A stretch of DNA of 63,887 nt, filler included, from Thraustochytrium aureum (taxonomy: Eukaryota), in assembly GCA_012862495.1 (NCBI GenBank). It is 6 parts of 5 records of this genome, joined end to end, with 100 filler letters (N's around TTAATTAATTAA, not from the genome) between each part and the next. Parts side by side here need not be neighbours in the genome. Positions count along the whole stretch, not along the records: positions 1 to 6,136 come from BLSG01000247.1; positions 6,237 to 23,101 come from BLSG01000248.1; 4 more parts are not named here. One strand, 5' to 3'. A program made the translations under genes and the position numbers. Below the pieces are notes generated by a model. It was not told where the DNA came from and made no database searches. It saw only the letters and a list, made by a program, of their open reading frames with translations. Below, piece by piece: positions 1-10,250 of this stretch. Numbering within the stretch: the first letter of the stretch is position 1; each line of letters begins with the position of its first letter.

Positions 1-1295
1 GGCAGGACTCGCGGCGCCTGCGAGGGAAAAAAACGCGTGGCGAAAAACGAAAAATTGAAAAAAACTTGGAAAAAAAAGATTGACGGATTCGCGATGAATC
101 CGCTGAGATAACCGGACAAAAGGCGTGTTTTACCGAGACGGAACCGGTTTCCCCGACCCTGGTGCGGGTGCGCAAGTCGCCGATCCGGTGGCTCCCAGAT
201 GGTGGCGCGACCCTCGGGGACCGTCCGATCCGCTCGGAAACGCCCCCTTCGGCTCACACGTAGACCCCACATGGCTTCGCGAGAAAACTTGGGCCGAATT
301 TTTCCAAGTCGAATTTTGCTCAAAATTCGGTTTCCTCGACGCTCCCTCAGACTTGAGCGGCCAGGCGTCTTTCGAGGGCGCCCTGGATTTTTTTTCGCGC
401 TTTTTTTTTCCAGCTTTTTTTCCTCGCTCTGCCTGGGGAAAAATCCCAGCCGCTCGCCGCGGATTCTCCGTTGGCCGCGAGTGCCCGCCGCGTCACGGCC
501 CGCGTCACGGCTCTCATCACGTTGGCCCCCTAACTGACGCACCCCTCGGCGGTCTGCAGGGTCGGCGCGAATAGTCCGTCGGCGGGCGGCGCACTCCCCC
601 AGGTCGGCCGGCGGTTCGGCTGGGCGAGCAGCGGGGCAAAAACAGGCGCGCGGATCCGCGGCGCGCCCCCACCGCAAGGTGCAGGGGTAAAATCCGGCGG
701 CGGCCCTCGGCGCACGCCTGGGCGGTTCGCGGGGCTCTGCCGCGAGGGCGGCGCGGGCGCAACTGACTGGGTGCGAGAGCGGCTGGGAGCAGAGAGCCGC
801 CTAAAGGGGCGTAAGGTGCAGGGCCTTCGCGCAGAAGGGGCGCAAGGTGAGAGGGCCTCTCTAAGGNNNNNNNNNNNNNNNNNNNNNNNNNNNNNNNNNN
901 NNNNNNNNNNNNNNNNNNNNNNNNNNNNNNNNNNNNNNNNNNNNNNNNNNNNNNNNNNNNNNNNNNNNNNNNNNNNNNNNNNNNNNNNNNNNNNNNNNNN
1001 NNNNNNNNNNNNNNNNNNNNNNNNNNNNNNNNNNNNNNNNNNNNNNNNNNNNNNNNNNNNNNNNNNNNNNNNNNNNNNNNNNNNNNNNNNNNNNNNNNNN
1101 NNNNNNNNNNNNNNNNNNNNNNNNNNNNNNNNNNNNNNNNNNNNNNNNNNNNNNNNNNNNNNNNNNNNNNNNNNNNNNNNNNNNNNNNNNNNNNNNNNNN
1201 NNNNNNNNNNNNNNNNNNNNNNNNNNNNNNNNNNNNNNNNNNNNNNNNNNNNNNNNNNNNNNAGCAAGTCAACTTTGGTCCTCCGCGAGTCGAGG

Positions 1296-2486
1296 ATGTC
1301 GGCACCGGCCAAACGTGGCCGCAAGAAGAAAGGCACAGTACCCCAACAGCAACTTGGCATGCCCGGCGCAGGAGGCATCATGAACCACCTCGGCATGGAC
1401 GCGTACAGCAGCATGCAAGGAATGCAGCATGGCATGCCCGGCATGCAGCACGGCATCCAACACGGCATGCAGCACAGCATGCAGCACGGCATGCAACCTG
1501 GCATGCAGCCCGGCATGGTCCAGCCTGGCATGCAGGGCATGCAGCACCAAGGCATGCATGGGATGCCCCAGCCCAGCCCCCAAGCGCCCAACAACCCGAT
1601 GCTCGACATGGTCAAGCAGGCGATCACCTCCCTCGCCAACCGCAAGGGTCCTCGCTCCAAGCGATCAAAAGTTCCTCAACGAGCGGTACCAGATCGACTT
1701 TACCAGCAACCCGGCGGAGCGCACGCGCGTCAGCAAGGCTGTCAAGACCGGCGTCAGCTCGGGCGTTCTCATCCAAGAGAAAAACAGCTACAAGGTCGCC
1801 CCAGGCGCGGGCATGTACGGCGCCCAGCCGCACATGGGCCACGGCCAGCACCAGCAGGGCGGCCACCAGCCCGGCGGCCAGGGCCAGTTCGGCATGCAGC
1901 AGCAGTTCGCCCCTATGGGCCAATACGGCATGCACCCGCAGTTCATGCAGCCGCAAAACTACTTTCACCAACCCGGGGCCATGGGTGGCCACCCGCACAT
2001 GGCCGAGAGCGCCCGTGACCTCCCACCTGCCGCTGTCGCCGTCAAGGACGACGGCAAAAAGAAGAAGAAACGCAAGAAGAAGAAGGGCGATGGCACCCCC
2101 AAGCGCCGCGGCGCAGGCGGCCTCTCCAAGCCCATGAACCTCTCCGCCGAGCTGCCGAGGTCTGCGGCGGCCACTCGATGGGCCGCACCGAGGTCGTCAA
2201 GAGGCTATGGACGTACATCAAGGGCCACAGCCTGCAAAACCCGCAGAACAAGCGCGAGATCATGTGCGACGACGCATTTCGCCGAATCTTTGGGCAAGAG
2301 TCTGTTGATATGTTTGACATGAACCGCCTCGTGTCCAACCACCTGTCCAAGCCGCCCGAGTCTGGCGTCCAGGACGAGATGCAGCAGCCCCAGCAAAACT
2401 TCTATAGCGACCAGGTCTACCAGGACAACGATGGGGACGCTCGCGACGACGAGGCTGACAAGCAGCAGGACTGGCACAACGTCTAA
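1296..2486 (+). CDS. Linker histone H1 globular (H15) domain + SWIB/MDM2 domain protein with M/Q/G/H/P-rich low-complexity regions; 3 apparent frameshifts (~1648, ~1668, ~2155)
   Basis: Stitched frames read MLDMVKQAITSLANRKG[SSLQAIK]KFLNERYQIDF...RVSKAVKTGVSSGVLIQEKNSYKV (H15 winged-helix pattern). A Lys-rich linker follows, then GGLSKPMNLSAEL...MGRTEVVKRLWTYIKGHSLQNPQNKREIMCDDAFRRIFGQESVDMFDMNRLVSNHL (SWIB). ATG 1296, TAA 2484-2486. Confidence 0.85.
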
Positions 2487-3062
2487 GCGTTTCTCATGGT
2501 AAAAGTTTCTCTTGATTCTACGTCGTAAGACCTTTTATTCCCCCGTCCCGGCGCCGCTCGACCTGTCTTCGCACCTTTTTTTCTTTTCTTTCCTTTCCCT
2601 TCAAGTTCCACTTCCTTTCCCCTCCTCGCCTTTCCTTTCGAGTCTCTCTGCCTTTCATCGCTTCGCTTCATCCGCGTCTTTCTTTCCCGAGCTCGAAGGC
2701 CGCCCTCGTCTGGCAGCAGAACCCACAGTGGAACGGACAGAGACCTGTCAGGGACTGGACGAAGAGCACGGCAGAGCAGCTCTTTCTTCGGTCGCGCAGG
2801 CCTGCACGCAGCGCGCTTGCGAGCCGAGCCGCGCAGCAGCAGCAGCAGCCTCTTCGGCTTGGGAAGGGGGGGAGCACGGACGGCCCGCCTCGCGCCTTGC
2901 GAGCGGCGGACGCGCGGGCGCCCTTCCTTGGCCGTTAGGCGCGTTCCTCGTGCTGCTCGGCGTTGTTTTTGCTCGCAAGCCTCGCCACGTGGTCGCCTCG
3001 TGGCCGCTCGTGTGCTGCCCAGGCTGCCCAGGCTGCCCGTACGGCGCAGCTCGCTGCGCGAC

Positions 3063-5895
3063 ATGAAGGGACTCGGCGGGGTGTGCGCAGCCAGCGCTGC
3101 TCTGTGGTTTGTGATGGCCGCAGCAGCACTGGGCGACGAGGGGCGCAGTGCAAAGCGCGTTGGCCACCTCGAGTTTCACCTCAAGCGCAAGCATGACGAG
3201 CGGCGGACGAGGCTGCTTGCAGCGGAAGGGTTCGCAGAGCTCGCCATGATCAAGCGCGAGCCGGACGGGGTGTACTGGTCTGACCTGAAGATCGCCGACC
3301 CGCCGCAAATGTTCAGCGTGATCGTGGACACGGGAAGCTCGACCATCGCAGTCCCGTGCAAGAGCTGCAATTGCGGCAACCACAACCACTTTGACTTGGA
3401 CAAGGCACATGGGGCCAAGATGCTGACAAGCAAGTACAGGCAGTGCTACAGCGAGGGCTCATGCAACAGCGGCAACTATGTTGAGGCAAAGATGTGCCTC
3501 GGCGAGTCCTGCGACGTCGCCACAGAGGGCGTCGTGCACCGGTTCGGCTGCTGCGAGCAGTTCGCATCTGCCTTCAAAAAGCAAGAGGCGGACGGCATCA
3601 TCGGCATGTCTGGCGAGTCGGGCACCCTCTTGGCCGATCTGCGAGTCCACAACAAGCTGGAGAAGGACATCTTCGCGCTCTGCCTGTCGCAGTCGGAGGG
3701 CGTTCTGGGTGTGGGCGGGTTTGACGAGTCTCGGCACTTGGAGCCCGTGCAATGGGTGCCCATGGACATCGGCAACTTTTACAAAGTTCGCGTCGCCAAG
3801 ATGTACGTCGGCGGAAAGGACGTCCAAGTAGGCACGCTGCCCACCCCCATCGTGGACAGCGGAACCACGTTCACGTACGTGCCCACCAGCGCGCACGCGG
3901 CCCTGCAGCGCGCCTTCAACGAATTTTGCGCCAGGTCGGAGGCGAACTGCCCGGGCGAGCGCAACCCCATGTCCGCGCTCGCCGCAGACCGCCGCGACTC
4001 GGTCAACTGCTACGCCCCGCCGGCCTCCGTGAGTAGCAACGATCTCACGCGCTGGCTCGAGTCCTTTCCCTCGCTCGAGTTTGAGTTTGAGTCGGGCAAA
4101 GACGGATCCAAACNNNNNNNNNNNNNNNNNNNNNNNNNNNNNNNNNNNNNNNNNNNNNNNNNNNNNNNNNNNNNNNNNNNNNNNNNNNNNNNNNNNNNNN
4201 NNNNNNNNNNNNNNNNNNNNNNNNNNNNNNNNNNNNNNNNNNNNNNNNNNNNNNNNNNNNNNNNNNNNNNNNNNNNNNNNNNNNNNNNNNNNNNNNNNNN
4301 NNNNNNNNNNNNNNGTCCACCAAGAGCGCGTACTGCGTGGGCATCCTCAAGGGCGCCTCAAAGTTTGTTCTCGGTGCGCTGACCATGGCCGGCTTCGACT
4401 ACATTTTCGACCACGCCAACTCGCGCCTCGGCCTAACGCGCTCCATTTGCAATTCCAAGCACGATAAAGACCCCGACTACCGGAACTCGGTTTCCTATTG
4501 CTGCGGCTCGTGCGCAGTGGCGCAGCGCAGCGGCTTCAACCAGGGCACACGGACCCGCTACCCACGCGGTCGCCCACAACATCGTCGCCCACGCCGGCGC
4601 CCACGCACGAGATCCAGCCGGGCGACGCTAAAACCTCAGACAAGCTGTTCTCCATCAACACCAACGTGACCCAGTTTCCGGGCAAGGAGGTCTTGATTCC
4701 CGTCGACGGGACCAGCGCGGCATGGGCCAAGTCTGGCCGCGCCTTTTCCGCCGCCCAAGTACTCATTCTGCGCACCGAGGTCAGGCTCTGCGAGAGTGCC
4801 GACGGCGCGCTGTCGTTCGACCCAGAGTCCACCATCGTCGTCACCGGGTTTGGCGTGGTGGTTCACTTCGGCACCACCTGCACGTTTCCTCGCCTAGTCG
4901 TGCGCGACGGCGCGCGCGTGGTCACGCTCCCCGCTCCGGGCGCTCTTGGCTCCGCCGCCGATGTCCCCACAACACCCGTCGTCTTCAGCAACCTGGTCAA
5001 CCTCGACCGAAGTCACATGGTCATCGACAAGTCGACGATGGTCGAGTTCCGCGGCGCAGGGAACCTGTCAATGTCGCTCACATCCGTGGTTGAAGTGATG
5101 CCCCACTCGCGCCTCAAGTGCGGCATGCAGCGCCGCGAGTCGCTCGTGTTTGGCCACGGCCAACTCCTCGTCCGTGCGCCGGCGCTCGCCGAGTGCTACA
5201 TAACTGTGGGCGAGTTTGCGACCATGCAAATCGTGCCAGACGTCGCGTCGGAGCGGCCCTTCAACTCGGTCGGGACGATCCACGTGCAGGGCACGCTCGC
5301 GATCCAGGTCATCCGCAACCCGTTCCGCTCTTTCGCCCTCCTCACCAACAGCACACTCATTTGGGACCACCACTTCACAACAACGTACCGCGTTGAGCTT
5401 GACCAAGACTCGGGCGATATCGTGCACGACCTACCCGAGAAGGCGCGCCTCATCACGGTGGTGCGCGGCGGGATCCAGGACACCCCGGACAAGTTGGACA
5501 TGCCACCAGAGTTTGCCTGCTCCCATTCCGCGCTCGATAACACGACGATCGCCCAGGTGCGCTTTTCGTCGCCCGAATGCTTCAACAAGTGCGTGGACGA
5601 CTCTGACCAGTCGTGCACGGCAGCAGAGCGCGAGCGGGCGCCATGGCCCCCACTGCCGCCCGTCATCCCAGTGCCGGGCTACTTTGACGAGGACGACAAC
5701 AGCACGCTCGCCTCGTACTACAACCAAGTTGCTTCATCGCTGGGGCTCCACGACGCGGCTTCGCGGCAGTTTGCTTTGGACGGCGCGCTCGCCGGGATCG
5801 TTGTGTCTCTCGTGGTATTCTTGTTGGCCATCGCGCCACGGCGCTTGCTGTGCTGCTGTGCGCGCGCCGGCGGCACGCGCTACGACTCCATCTAG
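3063..5895 (+). CDS. Secretory-pathway pepsin-family (A1B, plasmepsin V/ASP5-like) aspartic protease with long C-terminal extension and TM anchor; interrupted by gap 4114-4314 and a frameshift near 4545
   Basis: Signal-like N-terminus MKGLGGVCAASAALWFVMAAAALG; catalytic motifs IVDTGSS and IVDSGTT; PCKSCNCG insert, YSEGS, FGC, ADGIIGM, FALCL, VLGA; P/T-rich linker; C-terminal TM GALAGIVVSLVVFLLAIA; ends YDSI*. Confidence 0.85.
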
Positions 5896-6136
5896 TCTAC
5901 GATCTCAAGAAATAGGTAGTTTCTTTGGACAAGGAGGGTCCGACTTGCTTTGGAGCTGAAAAACAAGCGACACGGGCCGCTCGTGCCCGCTCTTGGACCC
6001 TGTTTGGCTGGCGCATTAGCTGACATGAGTCTGGACTTTAGTTCCAACTGCCAACGCGGGTTTGCTCTCCAAGATAGAAAAAAGCAACTGCGCAGTATTC
6101 CGGTACTCTACTCAGTGCCTCTACTCTAGCTAGTAG

Positions 6137-6236
6137 NNNNNNNNNNNNNNNNNNNNNNNNNNNNNNNNNNNNNNNNNNNNTTAATTAATTAANNNNNNNN
6201 NNNNNNNNNNNNNNNNNNNNNNNNNNNNNNNNNNNN
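6137..6236. other. Artificial scaffold spacer (44 N + TTAATTAATTAA + 44 N)
   Basis: TTAATTAATTAA at 6181-6192 gives stops in all six frames. The same structure recurs five times in the window. Confidence 0.97.
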
Positions 6237-6237
6237 C

Positions 6238-6837
6238 ATCTCGGACGGGCTCTCCGACCCCTTTCCTCCGGACGAAATCAGCCAAGAGGACCTGGCGAAC
6301 GACTCGTTCGAGAACACGGGGTTCAAGTTTGAACTCCTCGGCGAGTTTCGCGTCTCGCAGGAGGACCTGGACTCTGATTTTCAGGTAGACTCATGGTTCA
6401 AGCGTTGGGAAGCCGAGCTTGTGGACGAGGTCACGCAGCAGCTTGCGGCACGCGGCCGCAGCGTGCTCGAAATGCTGTCCAAGTTTGGCGGAGCAATCTC
6501 GACCGAGGTGCCGCATACCGCGCTCTCGGCAGCGCCGGATGCAATCGTCTCGAGCCGTGGCACGGTTGGCGTCATCCTGTTCTTCTCCCAGGACCCTGCG
6601 CTGCCGCACAAGGTCAGGCTCCCATCTGGTGAGATCTCTCTCATTTGCATGCGCGTCATCTCGGATGCCCAGCTGCTCGACATTCTCGAGCAGGAGAGCG
6701 ACGAGGACATGCGCCAGGCACGCCTTGATCTCTTGCGTCACTTTGCGGCCGACGGCTCGCACCACATCACTGATCTCGCGCGCCTCAACCCGCCGCCGGC
6801 GCCGCCCGTGCCACCAGAGGAGGATGTCTCTAGCTAG
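6238..6837 (+). CDS. C-terminal part of a Suppressor-of-fused (SUFU)-like domain protein, 5' truncated by the spacer
   Basis: Open frame from the contig edge: ISDGLSDPF...NTGFKFELLGE...SWFKRW...LVDEVTQQLAARG...FGGAISTEVP...GTVGVIL...LPSGEISLICMRVISDAQL...RLDLLRHFAADGSHHITDLAR. This resembles the SUFU-family pattern (SDGLS, GFxFEL, LPxGxV). Confidence 0.6.
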   Translation: MSDGLSDPFPPDEISQEDLANDSFENTGFKFELLGEFRVSQEDLDSDFQVDSWFKRWEAELVDEVTQQLAARGRSVLEMLSKFGGAISTEVPHTALSAAPDAIVSSRGTVGVILFFSQDPALPHKVRLPSGEISLICMRVISDAQLLDILEQESDEDMRQARLDLLRHFAADGSHHITDLARLNPPPAPPVPPEEDVSS

Positions 6838-6960
6838 AACTAGAGCTCTGACTTGAGAGTGCGGTTGCTTGGCATGAAGTGGGCCGATGGGTTTCTCTTG
6901 TTTCGTGCAGGGGTCTGGCCTTGCGCTTGAGCGCGGAATTGCTTTTTTTAAAACCAACCA

Positions 6961-7055
6961 TGTGTTTGTCGCTTGTTTGGTGTCGTGTTTCGCATGATGT
7001 GTTTGTCGTTTGTTTGGTGTCGTGTTTCGCATGATGTGTTTGTCGTTTGTTTGGT
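6961..7055. repeat. 37-bp tandem repeat, ~2.5 copies (TGTGTTTGTCG(C/T)TTGTTTGGTGTCGTGTTTCGCATGA)
   Basis: Directly visible; lies downstream of the SUFU-like stop codon. Confidence 0.85.
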
Positions 7056-7873
7056 TTGGTTTCGTTGGTGCCGGACGCTTCCGGAGCCCCGTTTGCCTCA
7101 AGTCTTGGGCCTCGCAAGCGAATTCGGGCCCGCGCCCTGCCTCGAGTCTACTCGTCGAGGCTCTGGCCATCGACAGCCGCCCCAAGCAAGGAGGTTGCCC
7201 CAAGCACCTAGCTCTTTGCCGTTCTTCGGCGGCAAGCGACCGAGCCTGTGCAGCAGGTAGGATTGCACAGCGGGGCGGATGCCAGAGGCGCACGAAAGCA
7301 AATCTTGCGAGCGACCGGCAAAGCTTCCAGCTGGCCAAGCTCAGCGAAGTCGGCTCGCGCTCCAAAGAAGATGCGACGCGCTGGCCAAAACCTGGCCCAC
7401 AAGCCAAAGCACTACAAAAAAGGACAGATCCACGGACGGAGAAGCGACGCCAGAGTCCATCCAGAAGGATGCCGCGACATTGCCGGCCTCCATCTGGCTG
7501 GCCGGATGGCCCATCCTCCTCGCGGTGGACGCGGCGCGCTTCCAGCAGCAGCTGGCAATGCCATCGACAGAGCGGAGTGCCACTTCCTACCTGAGCAAGT
7601 ACCTACGCTCTTGCCAACAAGGCCAGCACACACTTCGATCGGGGCAAACATGGCAGCCAGCGCCAAGCCACACTCCGGACACGCATCAACCACCGAGGAC
7701 GACAGCGGACTGCGCCAGGGGCGGCAGAGGGCGCGAGCAGAGCCCTAGCTTGTCGCGGCAGCTTGCGGCAGCCGGACGGGTCTGCCTGCATCGGCTGGCG
7801 GACCGCGGGGTGTGTGACGGCCAGCTCGGCTCGGCGCGGCTGCGTCGTCGTCGGACCAGGGCCTTTCAGGCGA

Positions 7874-9480
7874 ATGGCGGACCCCGTCCTGCTTGGGGCC
7901 GTGCTGGCCGGCGTCGCCGGGCTGTTCATCGCAGCGAGCGTGGTCATCTACTACAAGTACTTTTTCGAGACGGGGCACGTGGGCGAGCGAACGGAGGACG
8001 TCCGAAACAACCTCGGTACTGCGCGCGCGGCAAACCGCGTCGCCGACAGGGTTACTCAAGCCACGAACGCCGGCTGGGTGGATGTCTCAGAGTACAACGG
8101 GATTAATGAGGAAGAATCAGCTGCCGTGCCGNNNNNNNNNNNNNNNNNNNNNNNNNNNNNNNNNNNNNNNNNNNNNNNNNNNNNNNNNNNNNNNNNNNNN
8201 NNNNNNNNNNNNNNNNNNNNNNNNNNNNNNNNNNNNNNNNNNNNNNNNNNNNNNNNNNNNNNNNNNNNNNNNNNNNNNNNNNNNNNNNNNNNNNNNNNNN
8301 NNNNNNNNNNNNNNNNNNNNNNNNNNNNNNNNNNNNNNNNNNNNNNNNNNNNNNNNNNNNNNNNNNNNNNNNNNNNNNNNNNNNNNNNNNNNNNNNNNNN
8401 NNNNNNNNNNNNNNNNNNNNNNNNNNNNNNNNNNNNNNNNNNNNNNNNNNNNNNNNNNNNNNNNNNNNNNNNNNNNNNNNNNNNNNNNNNNNNNNNNNNN
8501 NNNNNNNNNNNNNNNNNNNNNNNNNNNNNNNNNNNNNNNNNNNNNNNNNNNNNNNNNNNNNNNNNNNNNNNNNNNNNNNNNNNNNNNNNNNNNNNNNNNN
8601 NNNNNNNNNNNNNNNNNNNNNNNNNNNNNNNNNNNNNNNNNNNNNNNNNNNNNNNNNNNNNNNNNNNNNNNNNNNNNNNNNNNNNNNNNNNNNNNNNNNN
8701 NNNNNNNNNNNNNNNNNNNNNNNNNNNNNNNNNNNNNNNNNNNNNNNNNNNNNNNNNNNNNNNNNNNNNNNNNNNNNNNNNNNNNNNNNNNNNNNNNNNN
8801 NNNNNNNNNNNNNNNNNNNNNNNNNNNNNNNNNNNNNNNNNNNNNNNNNNNNNNNNNNNNNNNNNNNNNNNNNNNNNNNNNNNNNNNNNNNNNNNNNNNN
8901 NNNNNNNNNNNNNNNNNNNNNNNNNNNNNNNNNNNNNNNNNNNNNNNNNNNNNNNNNNNNNNNNNNNNNNNNNNNNNNNNNNNNNNNNGTACTATGCCAA
9001 GTTTTCGAAAAAGATGACCGAGGAGGACATCGAGAACCTTGTATCTGCGTACTCCGAGCAGCAGGAGGATCGCGCTGCTCTCGACCGTCAGCTCGGCCAG
9101 CAGTTCGGCCAAGGCCTTGATGAGCACTTCGTGGCATGCGCCAGCGGAAGCGACACCGTGCCGGCGCCCCCGCAGGACGACGACGACGATGATGACATCA
9201 CGCTCAGAATTCCATCCGTCCGCATCGTCGGCGGCAAGCCCGGGTCTGCTGCGAACAACCCCGAGCCGGCCGAGCCGTCGTGTCGCCATCGGAGCTCGAG
9301 CTTCGCACCGAGCTCGAGCGGCGCGGCTGTGGGACGTACTTTGAGATTCTGCGCGCGAACGGCCTCTGCTCGCTGCACGACATGCGCGGCCTCGAGGAGG
9401 AAACGGTCTCGATTTTGTTTCCAGATGCCGCGGAGCAGCGCACGATACTGAGCATCGTCGAGGAGCAGCGCGCTCGATAG
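7874..9480 (+). CDS. Hypothetical single-pass membrane protein with C-terminal SAM-like helical domain; middle lost in gap 8132-8988; frameshift near 9280
   Basis: N-terminal TM MADPVLLGAVLAGVAGLFIAASVVIYYKYFF; acidic linker; C-terminus ELELRTELERRGCGTYFEILRANGLCSLHDMRGLEEETVSILFPDAAEQRTILSIV resembles a SAM domain. That both halves belong to one gene is an assumption. Confidence 0.5.
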
Positions 9481-10250
9481 TCTGAGCTCTCGCAGGTCGA
9501 CGCCTTGTGCGCCGCTGCTCCTCGTTGGTGTTGGTTTGTCCTTCTCTGATCGAATTTGTGTATTTCTTTCGCCTTGCCCAGCCTGTCAGAACTTATTGTC
9601 TCCGCAACCTGCAGCACCAGCATCGACAGGCGAGGCGGTGGCAACGGTGGTGGCGGCGACGGGGCGAGCAACAGCAACGTCGAGCCTCGCCTCCGCAGCA
9701 GCCTCCGCGCGCTGGCCGAGCCGCGCGCGTTCACNNNNNNNNNNNNNNNNNNNNNNNNNNNNNNNNNNNNNNNNNNNNNNNNNNNNNNNNNNNNNNNNNN
9801 NNNNNNNNNNNNNNNNNNNNNNNNNNNNNNNNNNNNNNNNNNNNNNNNNNNNNNNNNNNNNNNNNNNNNNNNNNNNNNNNNNNNNNNNNNNNNNNNNNNN
9901 NNNNNNNNNNNNNNNNNNNNNNNNNNNNNNNNNNNNNNNNNNNNNNNNNNNNNNNNNNNNNNNNNNNNNNNNNNNNNNNNNNNNNNNNNNNNNNNNNNNN
10001 NNNNNNNNNNNNNNNNNNNNNNNNNNNNNNNNNNNNNNNNNNNNNNNNNNNNNNNNNNNNNNNNNNNNNNNNNNNNNNNNNNNNNNNNNNNNNNNNNNNN
10101 NNNNNNNNNNNNNNNNNNNNNNNNNNNNNNNNNNNNNNNNNNNNNNNNNNNNNNNNNNNNNNNNNNNNNNNNNNNNNNNNNNNNNNNNNNNNNNNNNNNN
10201 NNNNNNNNNNNNNNNNNNNNNNNNNNNNNNNNNNNNNNNNNNNNNNNNNN

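Noticed and set aside
1..866. ORFs of 112-149 aa and A/T homopolymer tracts at the window start
   Set aside because: No ATG-led protein-like ORF and no recognisable RNA gene. Most likely promoter or intergenic DNA upstream of the H1-SWIB gene.
6181..6192. TTAATTAATTAA as a piggyBac TTAA target site or regulatory palindrome
   Set aside because: It is always centred in exactly 44+44 Ns, so it is an assembly linker.
7010..7860. Several overlapping 90-340-aa ORFs
   Set aside because: Arg/Ala/Pro-rich shadow ORFs expected at this GC content; no motifs and no consistent frame.
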